DNA from: a virus
Virus record (IMG/VR): IMGVR_UViG_3300027839_000007
Location: 21,546 to 85,545 of that record
Direction: 5' to 3' (one strand)
Length of the DNA: 64,000 nucleotides
The notes beneath the pieces were generated by a model. That model searched no databases and had not been told where the DNA came from. It worked only from the letters and a program-made list of their open reading frames with translations. Made by a program: the position numbers and the translations under genes. Shown here in pieces: positions 1 to 8,833 of this stretch (its first letter is position 1; each line of letters begins with the position of its first letter).

Positions 1-161
1 GCCGATGGCGTGCAACCATCCAACGCGCGAGTACCACGAGTATCGTGTGTAACCAGAGTCACGGAGAGTATCATGTCATTGGCGTGCAACCAGCGTCTGA
101 GCGAGTTCCACTTGTTGAGCGTGCAACCATATTAATCGCTAGTAACAAACCTACGGCGTGC
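1..161 (+). ncRNA. Dual-repeat, dual-spacer array with 37-bp period (TIGR-like guide RNA array), truncated at the window start
   Basis: Repeat A (GCGTGCAACCA) at 8, 45 (GTGTGTAACCA), 82, 119 and partially at 156. Repeat B (GCGAGTACCA-like) at 27, 64, 101, 138. A unique 8-nt segment follows each repeat. The period is not a multiple of 3. Strand assumed from the flanking genes. Confidence 0.75.
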
Positions 162-181
162 GGTATTTTTTTGGAGACGTC

Positions 182-865
182 ATGGACGATGACAAACCCC
201 GTGTTCCCTACAGGGAAGGTCGGCAGGACGCCGACTCCGTTGATGGAGATAGTAGGCCGTTCAAGGCACTGTCGCTGCCCGCCACAGCTACCTTGAATGA
301 TCTGGCCAACGAATACGTTTTCTTCAATCACGGGGCGCTTTTCACCTACGGAGAAATGCGGGTTGATCCGGCCCAGGAGTACTGTGTTGAGAACAAGTGC
401 GAGGTGCAGTTACTCGTGACGCCCAAGCCCGTGTTCAGGGGCGTATCCAACGGTAAGAAGGATTCCCAGCACTGGGATCATTCGTTACTGGCGGTGCCAA
501 CTGATCATTGGCTGGGTATTTCGCGCATGCTCATCGAGTCCGGCATCCTGGACCTGGCCAACCAGAAGTTCCACAAGGCGTACTACAAGCCGGTAAAAAT
601 TGTTGACTGGATTTCAGTTGAGCAGCACACGGCCATGGATGCATGGCCCACGTTGCGCGTGGCCCTGTTCGGCCTCGACGGAAACAAGCAGTTCATCAAG
701 GTCACGGATTCAGATATAGGTGGTGCTGATAAGAAGCCGTCAGCGCCCAGGCTTGTCATACGCCCCCCTAACCCCGAGGCGGTATCGTTTGCAGACGCCA
801 TCTTCGGTGATCACCCACGTCCATATGACGTGATCGACCCCAAGCGAAACGGGAGACACTCGTGA
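182..865 (+). CDS. Hypothetical protein
   Basis: ORF 158..865; ATG at 182 preceded by GGAGA; no recognised motif. Confidence 0.7.
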   Translation: MDDDKPRVPYREGRQDADSVDGDSRPFKALSLPATATLNDLANEYVFFNHGALFTYGEMRVDPAQEYCVENKCEVQLLVTPKPVFRGVSNGKKDSQHWDHSLLAVPTDHWLGISRMLIESGILDLANQKFHKAYYKPVKIVDWISVEQHTAMDAWPTLRVALFGLDGNKQFIKVTDSDIGGADKKPSAPRLVIRPPNPEAVSFADAIFGDHPRPYDVIDPKRNGRHS

Positions 866-1122
866 AAATCAAGCTACAGCTACCAGCAGACGCGAAGATC
901 ACCTACGACGCAGCCACACGTGAGTTGTTAGTCATCCCCTTTTTCACGAAGATAGCGGGCAACCAGCCATTCGGGTATGTGCAGGTACTCGGTGATGGTG
1001 GAGCTGAGCAGCGCGCCGTCTTGCAGGTGAGCGGGAAGACCGGCAAGCCGAGCTGCTGGGCAACCAAGGAGCGGCGGGTGCAGACGAAGTTCGACTCGAT
1101 CAGAAAGAGTGAAGTCACATGA
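862..1122 (+). CDS. Hypothetical protein
   Basis: 86 aa ORF; GTGA overlap with the upstream stop. Confidence 0.65.
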   Translation: MKIKLQLPADAKITYDAATRELLVIPFFTKIAGNQPFGYVQVLGDGGAEQRAVLQVSGKTGKPSCWATKERRVQTKFDSIRKSEVT

Positions 1123-1379
1123 TTGCCACGGTCCACACCAAAACGTTCCAAGAGATTCGCTACATGAAACGGGCGCCGGGGGCGGAGCCTGATTCGTGGG
1201 AGCACATGAGTAGTACTGACTCTGTCGATGACCAGGTTAATCGCTGGATCGCCGATACGGGAGCAGTGATTGATAACATCTCTGCGCCTGGTATCAGTCA
1301 ACTTTGGTGTGATGAGGGGATGACGGTGAAGTGTATCGTTATCGCTTTCGTGATTATGTATTACAACTCCGGGAGATAG
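1119..1379 (+). CDS. Hypothetical protein
   Basis: 86 aa ORF; ATGA overlap. Confidence 0.65.
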   Translation: MIATVHTKTFQEIRYMKRAPGAEPDSWEHMSSTDSVDDQVNRWIADTGAVIDNISAPGISQLWCDEGMTVKCIVIAFVIMYYNSGR

Positions 1380-1381
1380 TC

Positions 1382-1765
1382 ATGTCGGAGCAGGACACAC
1401 AACAGCAAGATCAGTACCATCTCACCGTGGTTCCCGACACCGGGGAGGTCGTGGTCGAGACTTACGACGACGTGGCAGAGCTGGTGTCACGACTCGTTGC
1501 ACTTAGCCACCAATCTGTCACCGTCAGCATTTTTCAGGGTCGGCGTCTCTTCACCACGAAGGGCAGCCCGCGTTACCTCAAGATTGATGAGGAGTATCAC
1601 CCACTGTTCGAGGAAGTAGTTCCGGAGGCACTGGAGCTGGACAGCGGGGGATACCTGGGCGACGCGCGGCTTCCGATGATTGGTGTTGGCTACGACTCGA
1701 CAGAGAAAGCTGCTGAGGAAGAGGACGCACCGGCCGAAGAAGATGAGTACCCAGCGGAAGCCTAA
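1382..1765 (+). CDS. Hypothetical acidic protein
   Basis: ATG at 1382 after GGGAG; in frame with ORF 1331..1765. Confidence 0.7.
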   Translation: MSEQDTQQQDQYHLTVVPDTGEVVVETYDDVAELVSRLVALSHQSVTVSIFQGRRLFTTKGSPRYLKIDEEYHPLFEEVVPEALELDSGGYLGDARLPMIGVGYDSTEKAAEEEDAPAEEDEYPAEA

Positions 1766-1793
1766 ATAGCGGCCGAAAACCGGTCATAATTCC

Positions 1794-3530
1794 TTGAGGC
1801 TCCCTAGCTTGCGTATGCGTTTACGCGAGCGTCTTCGCGCCGATGATCCTGCGAGCCCGCGCGGAAACCGTTCCGTGTGGGCTCTTATGCAAACTACCCC
1901 GCTCGCTGGCGGGTTGATGGTCTCAGAACATGCCCTAGTTCTGATGACTAATACAGCTGCTGAGGGCATAGATGGATGGCCGTATGGTGCGGCCACGAGA
2001 AGTCTTTTACGAAGAAGAGAGGTACGAGAGATGAAGCTCCAACAGCAGCACAAGAACATGATGACACGGGACCGCGCTCCGGGGGAATTTCTCCTAGCGG
2101 CGGTGGTCCCAGTGCGGCCCAACGCGTCGCACGTCACAAACACTCCGTGGCCGTGCCCGCGGACCACCGACTATTCGTGGATGTCCCTCTTCCACGATCT
2201 CTTCCCTAAGGACGGCGCGGCGTCTGGGAAGGCTGAAGGGTCACGACTGGGGATGGCTTTCAACATCCACAAGGGTGGGTTGAGCCGCCAGGGCCGTTTC
2301 ACCTGGGGAGGTCCTAACTCGTTGACTCCGGTCAACAAGGACGCTTCACTCATCGCGACGGCGAAGGGTGAGCACTTTCACATGGCGCTTGGCAACACCA
2401 GCGCCATGGTGACCGCGATCGCGATGGACAAGGAGATCGGGGACGCTGTTCGCAAGAAGCGCGTCCTCGATGCTGCGCCCAAGCTCCCTGTCGTCCTGCT
2501 CGGGTTCGAGCGGGCGGACGGGGAGAAGAAGGCCGGGCTCTCCGAGATCGGTGGTCCAACCCTGTTACCGGACCTCCCGGTGACCGACTTGGCGGACTTC
2601 AAGCAACTGGGTAATTACGCAACCCAGCTGCTGAACCGACACAGCCTGTACGACGTGGGCTGGTCGGATGAGGTCGAGGGCGGCATCCGCGTCCGGCTTG
2701 CAGGCAAAACCTGCGATCACGACGTGCCGCAGGCCTTGGTTAACATGGCTCCCGGCTTCTCGGTCGTCGAGGAGGAGTTCGTACTTCCGCCCGGGTTCGA
2801 ACTTTTGAAGCGGCACGCGGAGGACATCCCCTTCGATGTCGGCACCGTCCTTGAGGCGGGGCAGCTCATCGGTTATGCCAGCTCCTTCCCGGGTGCTGCT
2901 GAAGTCAGGGCACCTGCCTCGGGCACGATTGACTACATTGATGCTTCTAACGAAGCAAATGTGGTCGTCCCCCAAGGCCAGTACGCGACCTGGAAACAGA
3001 TCGCGGATGAGCTGACGGCGGAGGAGGTAGATTTCGTTCTTGACGCTGCCTGGGCACGGGCCTGGCAGGGCGGCAAGGAGTTCGGCATCAAGAAGGGCTC
3101 GGAGTACTGGCCGGAGACGATCAGGTGGATTGACGTCCGGCTGGTGAACTCCGAGTTGCTGAAGCCGACTACCTGGTCGATCGACTCCGACCTAATGGCC
3201 GCAATGTCCATTGAGAAGGACCGGAAGGAACTCCGTCTTCTCACGGACTTCAGCGAGCTGCTGCTCCCCGGAGGCAGGATGCCGATCCAGGCCTTCGCGA
3301 TGATGGAGGCCAACCCGACGTCTTTGCTCTTCACGGACCCGTCGGGGAAGACCAGTCTCGACCTCCACTCGGTTCCTCCGAGTCGCTTGCCGTTCCGCAA
3401 CGTCTCGGTCGCGAGGGTGCGGGGTGAGCAGGCTAATCGGACCGTGTCCGAGAACCTGCAGGACGCGGCCAAGAAGAATCCCGCAGGGCTCTTCGGGGGA
3501 CTGACATCGACACCGACCGCGTCGAGCTGA
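1794..3530 (+). CDS. Hypothetical protein, possibly a highly diverged RNA polymerase beta-like fragment
   Basis: 578 aa ORF with uncertain start. Segments GNRSVWALM..GLMVSE, GEFLLAAV, GSRLGMAFNIHKG and a barrel-sandwich-hybrid-like stretch (VGTVLEAGQLIG..EVRAPASGTI). Confidence 0.45.
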   Translation: MRLPSLRMRLRERLRADDPASPRGNRSVWALMQTTPLAGGLMVSEHALVLMTNTAAEGIDGWPYGAATRSLLRRREVREMKLQQQHKNMMTRDRAPGEFLLAAVVPVRPNASHVTNTPWPCPRTTDYSWMSLFHDLFPKDGAASGKAEGSRLGMAFNIHKGGLSRQGRFTWGGPNSLTPVNKDASLIATAKGEHFHMALGNTSAMVTAIAMDKEIGDAVRKKRVLDAAPKLPVVLLGFERADGEKKAGLSEIGGPTLLPDLPVTDLADFKQLGNYATQLLNRHSLYDVGWSDEVEGGIRVRLAGKTCDHDVPQALVNMAPGFSVVEEEFVLPPGFELLKRHAEDIPFDVGTVLEAGQLIGYASSFPGAAEVRAPASGTIDYIDASNEANVVVPQGQYATWKQIADELTAEEVDFVLDAAWARAWQGGKEFGIKKGSEYWPETIRWIDVRLVNSELLKPTTWSIDSDLMAAMSIEKDRKELRLLTDFSELLLPGGRMPIQAFAMMEANPTSLLFTDPSGKTSLDLHSVPPSRLPFRNVSVARVRGEQANRTVSENLQDAAKKNPAGLFGGLTSTPTASS

Positions 3531-3553
3531 CTCTGGACCAACCACTCGGGTGG

Positions 3554-3805
3554 TTGTTCAATTACGACACCGCCCCCGCACTCATTCCTGAGTGGCCAAC
3601 GGGGTCGGTGATGTGCCTTGTGCTTGTCGCCGCAGCTGGTGATGCTCTCAAGGTCATTGTCCCCCTCACCCAGGCCGCCATGCGTGATATGGCGGCAATC
3701 GGTGACAAGGAGGACAGCAAACTGTGGTTCCGAATTCCGCGGAAAACCCTGGCCCGCGTGGACCAGGGTATATCCGTGGAGGATTTTGAGAGGGATGCGA
3801 AATGA
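3554..3805 (+). CDS. Hypothetical protein
   Basis: 83 aa ORF filling the gap; ATGA overlap with the next gene. Confidence 0.55.
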   Translation: MFNYDTAPALIPEWPTGSVMCLVLVAAAGDALKVIVPLTQAAMRDMAAIGDKEDSKLWFRIPRKTLARVDQGISVEDFERDAK

Positions 3806-4158
3806 AGTTTGGGATCTTTGCAGCGATGGTGATCTCGGTGATGTGCGCACAGGCGGATGCCTGTGACAAGTGCATTATCAAGGTCAAGAAGAATAAGCGG
3901 ACCTGCATCACGACCATCAAAGCTGGTCGTCTGCGGATCCCCGTTCTTGACCTGAGATGCGTCAGTCACAAGGCGGTTGACTTGACCGCTGATGTGGCCG
4001 AGGGCGCTGTTGGTGTGGTTGGCGGAGTCGTGCACGGCACGCACTCGCTGCTGCACCGCGTTCTCTTTCCCTGTTGCCGGTCGCACACCTATCGGCCTAG
4101 GTCGGAGGTGCACACACTGGTTCATTGGGAACCGTGCGATCTGCGCGGACTCAGGTAG
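3802..4158 (+). CDS. Hypothetical exported Cys-rich protein
   Basis: Signal-peptide-like N-terminus MKFGIFAAMVISVMCAQADA. Confidence 0.6.
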   Translation: MKFGIFAAMVISVMCAQADACDKCIIKVKKNKRTCITTIKAGRLRIPVLDLRCVSHKAVDLTADVAEGAVGVVGGVVHGTHSLLHRVLFPCCRSHTYRPRSEVHTLVHWEPCDLRGLR

Positions 4159-4191
4159 CCTGCCGGGTAATTAGTAGGCGGACGAACCTAC

Positions 4192-4235
4192 ACCAGCTCT
4201 CGGCCCTTCGGGGCCGGGGCTGGTTCTTTTTTTTT
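4192..4235 (+). terminator. Intrinsic (Rho-independent) terminator
   Basis: ACCAGCTCTCGGCCC-TTCG-GGGCCGGGGCTGGT stem with a cUUCGg tetraloop, followed by TCTTTTTTTTT. Confidence 0.9.
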
Positions 4236-4306
4236 AGCTATCAGCGGAACTAGGAACTGCAAACTTCCTGGTGTACACTAGACTGTGCCAAACCGGAGGG
4301 AGTTAA

Positions 4307-4849
4307 ATGGAAGAAGCGACGACGGGTTTTCATCCGGAAAACACCAAGTTGGTGCTAGATCCGGATATGGACGGTAACAGTGCTGTTACACTGGAGGGCG
4401 GAGACCTGAGTGTTAAGACAGAATTGAGCGAGACACGTGAAACGCATGCGTTTGCTGTGTATGACGCAGTTACTGCAGGTCACACACCGGAGGAAGTGAG
4501 TACCGCAGTAGCCGAACCTGTTACGTCGGAGCCGCGGCCGTCACCGGCTAAAACTGAGCCAGTGCCTGATCCCGTGTGGGTTATTTTTGAAATTGAGGGC
4601 TTTGGGGAGCACCGTGCGCCTTACCATGCTGTGATTCGGAATGGCAGCAATCTTATACTCGTGTATGATATGGCTATTCCCGGAGGCCAGCGTTTCTTTC
4701 CCAGAGCTACGGAACACCCTGTCGGAATCCGTGTTGGTAACAGCAATACAGCGCTGATGGGGCACACGACGGGCATAGAGTTCATGGATGGTTCCCGTGA
4801 ATACTGCGTTATGCTAGTTGAGCAGGAAATCGAAATCGAAGACGAGTAA
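4307..4849 (+). CDS. Hypothetical protein
   Basis: 180 aa ORF; GGAGGGAG RBS. Confidence 0.75.
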   Translation: MEEATTGFHPENTKLVLDPDMDGNSAVTLEGGDLSVKTELSETRETHAFAVYDAVTAGHTPEEVSTAVAEPVTSEPRPSPAKTEPVPDPVWVIFEIEGFGEHRAPYHAVIRNGSNLILVYDMAIPGGQRFFPRATEHPVGIRVGNSNTALMGHTTGIEFMDGSREYCVMLVEQEIEIEDE

Positions 4850-4858
4850 GGAGTACTT

Positions 4859-5098
4859 GTGATGATGGAGAAGCAAGGAGAAATTCGCCCGGAGCTTACG
4901 CCGCAAGAGGAATACGACGATGAAGGAGAAAAAATCGTTTATCCTCATGAGGTCACTGGAAATCTCGCGAACGACATGATGTATCCATGCGTCGCTTCGA
5001 AGACCGCTGCCGCGGATACTACCGAAGAGGGCATTGTCGAGCTTGAAGACCACGTGACAAAACGCGCCTCCGATGCGGTCAAGTCCGGATTGCAATAG
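4859..5098 (+). CDS. Hypothetical acidic protein
   Basis: 79 aa ORF; AAGGAG RBS. Confidence 0.65.
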   Translation: MMMEKQGEIRPELTPQEEYDDEGEKIVYPHEVTGNLANDMMYPCVASKTAAADTTEEGIVELEDHVTKRASDAVKSGLQ

Positions 5099-5128
5099 CG
5101 CCACTCTTAATCAAGGGATTGTAAAGCA

Positions 5129-7021
5129 ATGGCGGACGGCCTCTCATCCTTTTCTAACATGTCCAGTCCGAACGGACGCGGATCGGAGGGGTTTCCCGAC
5201 CCCTTCTGTGACGTTTCTTCGCTCTACATGCCGGATAGCATGGGTGATGCTCTCCGTTGGTGTGAATATATCTTCATGGCCAACGGTATGTATCGCCAGG
5301 CTTGCGACAGGATCGTTTCGTATTTCATCACGGAGATAGAGATACGCGGGGACGATAAGGATGAGAAGGACAAGTTCAAGTCATTTTTGGATGACACGCT
5401 GGGAGTTAAGAACTTGTTGCACACGGTAGGCATGGACTACCTGTGCTACGGTAACTCGTTCACCAGTATGCTTGTGCCCATCCGGCGCTACCTGTTTTGC
5501 CCCAAGTGCAAGATTGAGTTCCCGCTGCGCAAGATATTCAACGAGCCTGCATTCCAATTCAAGTGGTCGGGTTTCGCTTTTAATGCGCATTGTCCCAAGT
5601 GCAAGTACACCGGTGAGTGGAGGCACAATGATCGACGGTCCACCGAGGAGGAAGATCTCCGTGTACGGCGGTGGAGTGCGCATGATATGGAAATCCTTTG
5701 GGATCCACTCACTGATGATGCGAGCTATATCTGGAAGATCCCGGCTGAATACCGTCGGTTGATTACTGATGGCAACCTGTATCACCTTGAACGAGCAAAC
5801 TGGGAAATCATTGAGGCTGTCAAGAACCAGCAGGACCTCCGCTTCGACAACGACATTGTCTACCACATGAAGGAGAACGCACTCTCCGGTGTGCGTAATC
5901 GCGGATGGGGTATCAGCCGGGTGCTGTCCAACTTCCGCCAGGCGTGGTATGTCCAGGTATTACACAGGTACAACGAAGCCATTGCACTGGATTACGTGAT
6001 CCCGTTTCGGTTGATCACTCCCGCCGCGCGACCTGGTGCCGCGGGTGAGTTTAGTGATCCTGCGCTCAACGTGGATATGGGTGGTTTCGGCGCGCGTGTG
6101 CGTTCGATGCTCAAGCAGCGCAGGAAAGATCCCGCGGGGTGGCACACGCTGCCGTTCCCGGTGGAGTACCAGGCGCTGGGTGGCGATGCTACACAACTCG
6201 CACCGCAGGCGTTGATGGAGCAGGGTATGGATACCCTGCTGACATCAGTAGGTATTCCCGTTGAGTTGTATAAAGGATCACTGTCAGTCCAGGCAGCTCC
6301 CGCGGCGCTGCGCCTGTTTGAGTCCAGCTGGACCCACCTGGTGCATAACTTGAACAGGTTCCTACAGGACATCGTGGACAAGGTTGCTGAACTGATGTCA
6401 TGGGAGCCGGTCAAAGTGAACCTGGCCCGCGTGACTCACGCTGATGATCTTAACCGCCAGATGGCCAAGCTGCAGTTGATGATGGGTCAACAGGTCAGCC
6501 AGACCACCGGCCTCAAATCTGTTGGGCTCGATTTCGAGGAAGAGCAGAGGCGGAAGCTCGAAGAGGAGATGTTCATCGCCGAGGAAACTGCCACCATGCA
6601 GGAGCAGATGCAGCAGGCTGCGGCGATGGACGAGATAGCAGGTGGAGTGCCTCCTGCTGGCGGCATGATGGGCGGCGCTCCGGGTATGATGCCTCCTGGC
6701 GCACCTCCAGCTGCTGGCGGAGCCCCTCCGGGCGCGCCTCCTGCTGGTCCCGAGGGCGCGGCAGCGCAGCAGTTTGCGACCGCGCAGCCTACCCAGATGA
6801 ACAAGCCGACTACTCCGGAGGAAATGGTGGGACAGGCGCAGACCCTCGCGCAACAGATGATGTCACTACCATCATCGCAGCGGCGGTCTGAGCTTATCAC
6901 TCTCAAGAGAGTTGATCCCACCATGCATAGCCTTGTGACCAGTGCTATGGATGAGATTCGTCAACAAGCGCGCAGTATGGGGCAGCAGCAGATGCTTTCG
7001 CAGCAATATGGCCAGATGTAG
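5129..7021 (+). CDS. Putative phage portal protein with zinc-ribbon insertion
   Basis: Portal-like motif order (DYLCYGNSF; VYHMK..GWGISR..; NEAIALDYVIPFRLI), two CPKC motifs, and a Gln/Pro/Gly/Met-rich C-terminal tail. Confidence 0.65.
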   Translation: MADGLSSFSNMSSPNGRGSEGFPDPFCDVSSLYMPDSMGDALRWCEYIFMANGMYRQACDRIVSYFITEIEIRGDDKDEKDKFKSFLDDTLGVKNLLHTVGMDYLCYGNSFTSMLVPIRRYLFCPKCKIEFPLRKIFNEPAFQFKWSGFAFNAHCPKCKYTGEWRHNDRRSTEEEDLRVRRWSAHDMEILWDPLTDDASYIWKIPAEYRRLITDGNLYHLERANWEIIEAVKNQQDLRFDNDIVYHMKENALSGVRNRGWGISRVLSNFRQAWYVQVLHRYNEAIALDYVIPFRLITPAARPGAAGEFSDPALNVDMGGFGARVRSMLKQRRKDPAGWHTLPFPVEYQALGGDATQLAPQALMEQGMDTLLTSVGIPVELYKGSLSVQAAPAALRLFESSWTHLVHNLNRFLQDIVDKVAELMSWEPVKVNLARVTHADDLNRQMAKLQLMMGQQVSQTTGLKSVGLDFEEEQRRKLEEEMFIAEETATMQEQMQQAAAMDEIAGGVPPAGGMMGGAPGMMPPGAPPAAGGAPPGAPPAGPEGAAAQQFATAQPTQMNKPTTPEEMVGQAQTLAQQMMSLPSSQRRSELITLKRVDPTMHSLVTSAMDEIRQQARSMGQQQMLSQQYGQM

Positions 7022-7023
7022 TT

Positions 7024-7713
7024 GTGAAAGATACCGGCCGCATGACCGACCTGTGCATGACACACAGCTTTGTGGACGATTTCCTTTTGATCGACCCGTT
7101 CGCGGCTAATTTTGCATTTGCCAGGATAGGTCCTCACGAGCTTGCGGTGTATTTCGGGAGCCGTTCTGCAAAGAACTCGGTGCGAACCCTGCGGCGCGCC
7201 ATAGAAGCGGACGTACCCGGATACCATCTGGGTATTCCGTGCTCATGTTGTAACCGTGAGTTACACGTGAAGCTCAAGTCAGTTTCCAGTACGCCCGAGT
7301 CGAGGATGACTTACAGCAATGTGCTGGCGGACGGAAACTACGAGCGTTTCAAGATAAAGTACTTCCCGGTCATGCACTACTTGACGTTGGTTGCGCCTTC
7401 TGAAAACGCTGACATACAGATACCTAAGGATATTGAGCTTGGCTGGGACTACCGCAATGTACTCAAGAAGATGCGGGAATCGGAAAAACCTATATTCGTG
7501 GCTGCCGGGCCGTTGTCATCAATACTGGTTTACGAGTACTGGACTAAGGCCGACGACCCGCAGACGGTTATTGATGTAGGCGCTGCCATCGATCCGTTCC
7601 TGTTCAACAGGAACACCAAGGAGTATCACGACGATAACTACCCAGCTTCGCAGCGCGTGTGTGAGTGGGAGCCGCCGCCCCTCCAGGACCTAGAGCCATT
7701 AACGTATATTTAG
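7024..7713 (+). CDS. Putative glycosyltransferase, GT-D/DUF1792-like
   Basis: C-terminal FVAAGPLS..VIDVGAAIDP motif. Confidence 0.45.
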   Translation: MKDTGRMTDLCMTHSFVDDFLLIDPFAANFAFARIGPHELAVYFGSRSAKNSVRTLRRAIEADVPGYHLGIPCSCCNRELHVKLKSVSSTPESRMTYSNVLADGNYERFKIKYFPVMHYLTLVAPSENADIQIPKDIELGWDYRNVLKKMRESEKPIFVAAGPLSSILVYEYWTKADDPQTVIDVGAAIDPFLFNRNTKEYHDDNYPASQRVCEWEPPPLQDLEPLTYI

Positions 7714-7719
7714 TTCGAT

Positions 7720-8760
7720 ATGCACGTAGGTATCATTACGCGGTATAAGCAGCACGAAGCCACTCTTGCCGCCATCCGCATTGCTGAGTGGGTACTGGCG
7801 CACGGCGGCACGGTGTCCATGTTTACCTACGAGCAACCTAGCAACAGTCCCATCAACGCATACTGGGATACGCGGGTTCAGCATGTCCGTCGTGGCGCGT
7901 TCCCCCAGTGGTCGTTGCCGTTGACCTCCGTGGTGTGGACTCACGAACCTTCTATGGATGAAATAACATGGGCGCATTACAAGCAGGTACCAGCAGTTGT
8001 TGTTGCCTCCTGGGATGAGCTGTCAGACGCGTTCTCCGAGGTGTTTTACCTGTGTACCGCTATCGTTGCGCCATCCATGCTGGCTGGTGAGTACTTTTTT
8101 GCCGCGGGATTCATACAGTCACTCGCTGTACCCTGGGATGTCGGGCTACCTCAAACACAAAAACCTAGTGATTATCAGCCGCAGGAACGTATAAAGGCCC
8201 TGTTACCATTACATGATTCGCAGCCGTCACGTATCCGTCCTGAGACTATTCAGGTCTTAACCAAGGTATTGCGTACCTGTAAGTGGGTTGATCTGACGTT
8301 ACTGGTATCCCCTTCCAAGCTGCGTGGTAAGGTAAGCAAGCAGATACGGAAGATGGTGCGCGCGTTGCCGGGACGTGTTACACGGATCACCGACCCCGGA
8401 GAGGAGAAGCGTTGGCTCATATACGGTCAACATGATTTGACCATATGGCTATCCACGATTGAGTCGTACGGACTGCCAGGCTTGATCTCCCTGGCAATGG
8501 GTACGCCGGTCATAGGGTACGGCGCTCCAATTATCAGCGAAATACTGGCGCCTGCTCGTTGCCGCCGTATTCCTGGTCGCATAATATTGAACGCCAAGGC
8601 CATCCCCAGCTTCATTCCCGACCTGGTACGCACCGAGGAGAGCCTGCTGGCACTCCTGTCAGACCGGGAAGAGATTCATGAAATGGCAAACAACACTGCT
8701 GCAGGTACTAAACGTCGCTCAGAAAGCTTTGAACACATATGGCCTTTTGTTCTAGACTGA
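7720..8760 (+). CDS. Putative GT-B fold (GT4-like) glycosyltransferase
   Basis: ESYGLPGLISLAMGTPVI resembles the E-x-F-G-x-x-x-x-E-A-M-x-x-G-x-P-V motif, with the second Glu absent. Confidence 0.6.
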   Translation: MHVGIITRYKQHEATLAAIRIAEWVLAHGGTVSMFTYEQPSNSPINAYWDTRVQHVRRGAFPQWSLPLTSVVWTHEPSMDEITWAHYKQVPAVVVASWDELSDAFSEVFYLCTAIVAPSMLAGEYFFAAGFIQSLAVPWDVGLPQTQKPSDYQPQERIKALLPLHDSQPSRIRPETIQVLTKVLRTCKWVDLTLLVSPSKLRGKVSKQIRKMVRALPGRVTRITDPGEEKRWLIYGQHDLTIWLSTIESYGLPGLISLAMGTPVIGYGAPIISEILAPARCRRIPGRIILNAKAIPSFIPDLVRTEESLLALLSDREEIHEMANNTAAGTKRRSESFEHIWPFVLD

Positions 8761-8833
8761 TCTTTCGGGGTGCCGCCACCCATGAAAATTGATAAGCTAC
8801 GTATTGTTCCACATACACGAAAGGATTCGACTG

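Noticed and set aside
1-161. Array read as CRISPR or as a coding repeat (ORFs 45..296 and 71..331)
   Set aside because: Repeats (10-11 nt) and spacers (8-9 nt) are far too short for CRISPR, two repeats alternate, and no cas gene is seen. The 37-bp period shifts frame each unit, so it is not a peptide repeat.
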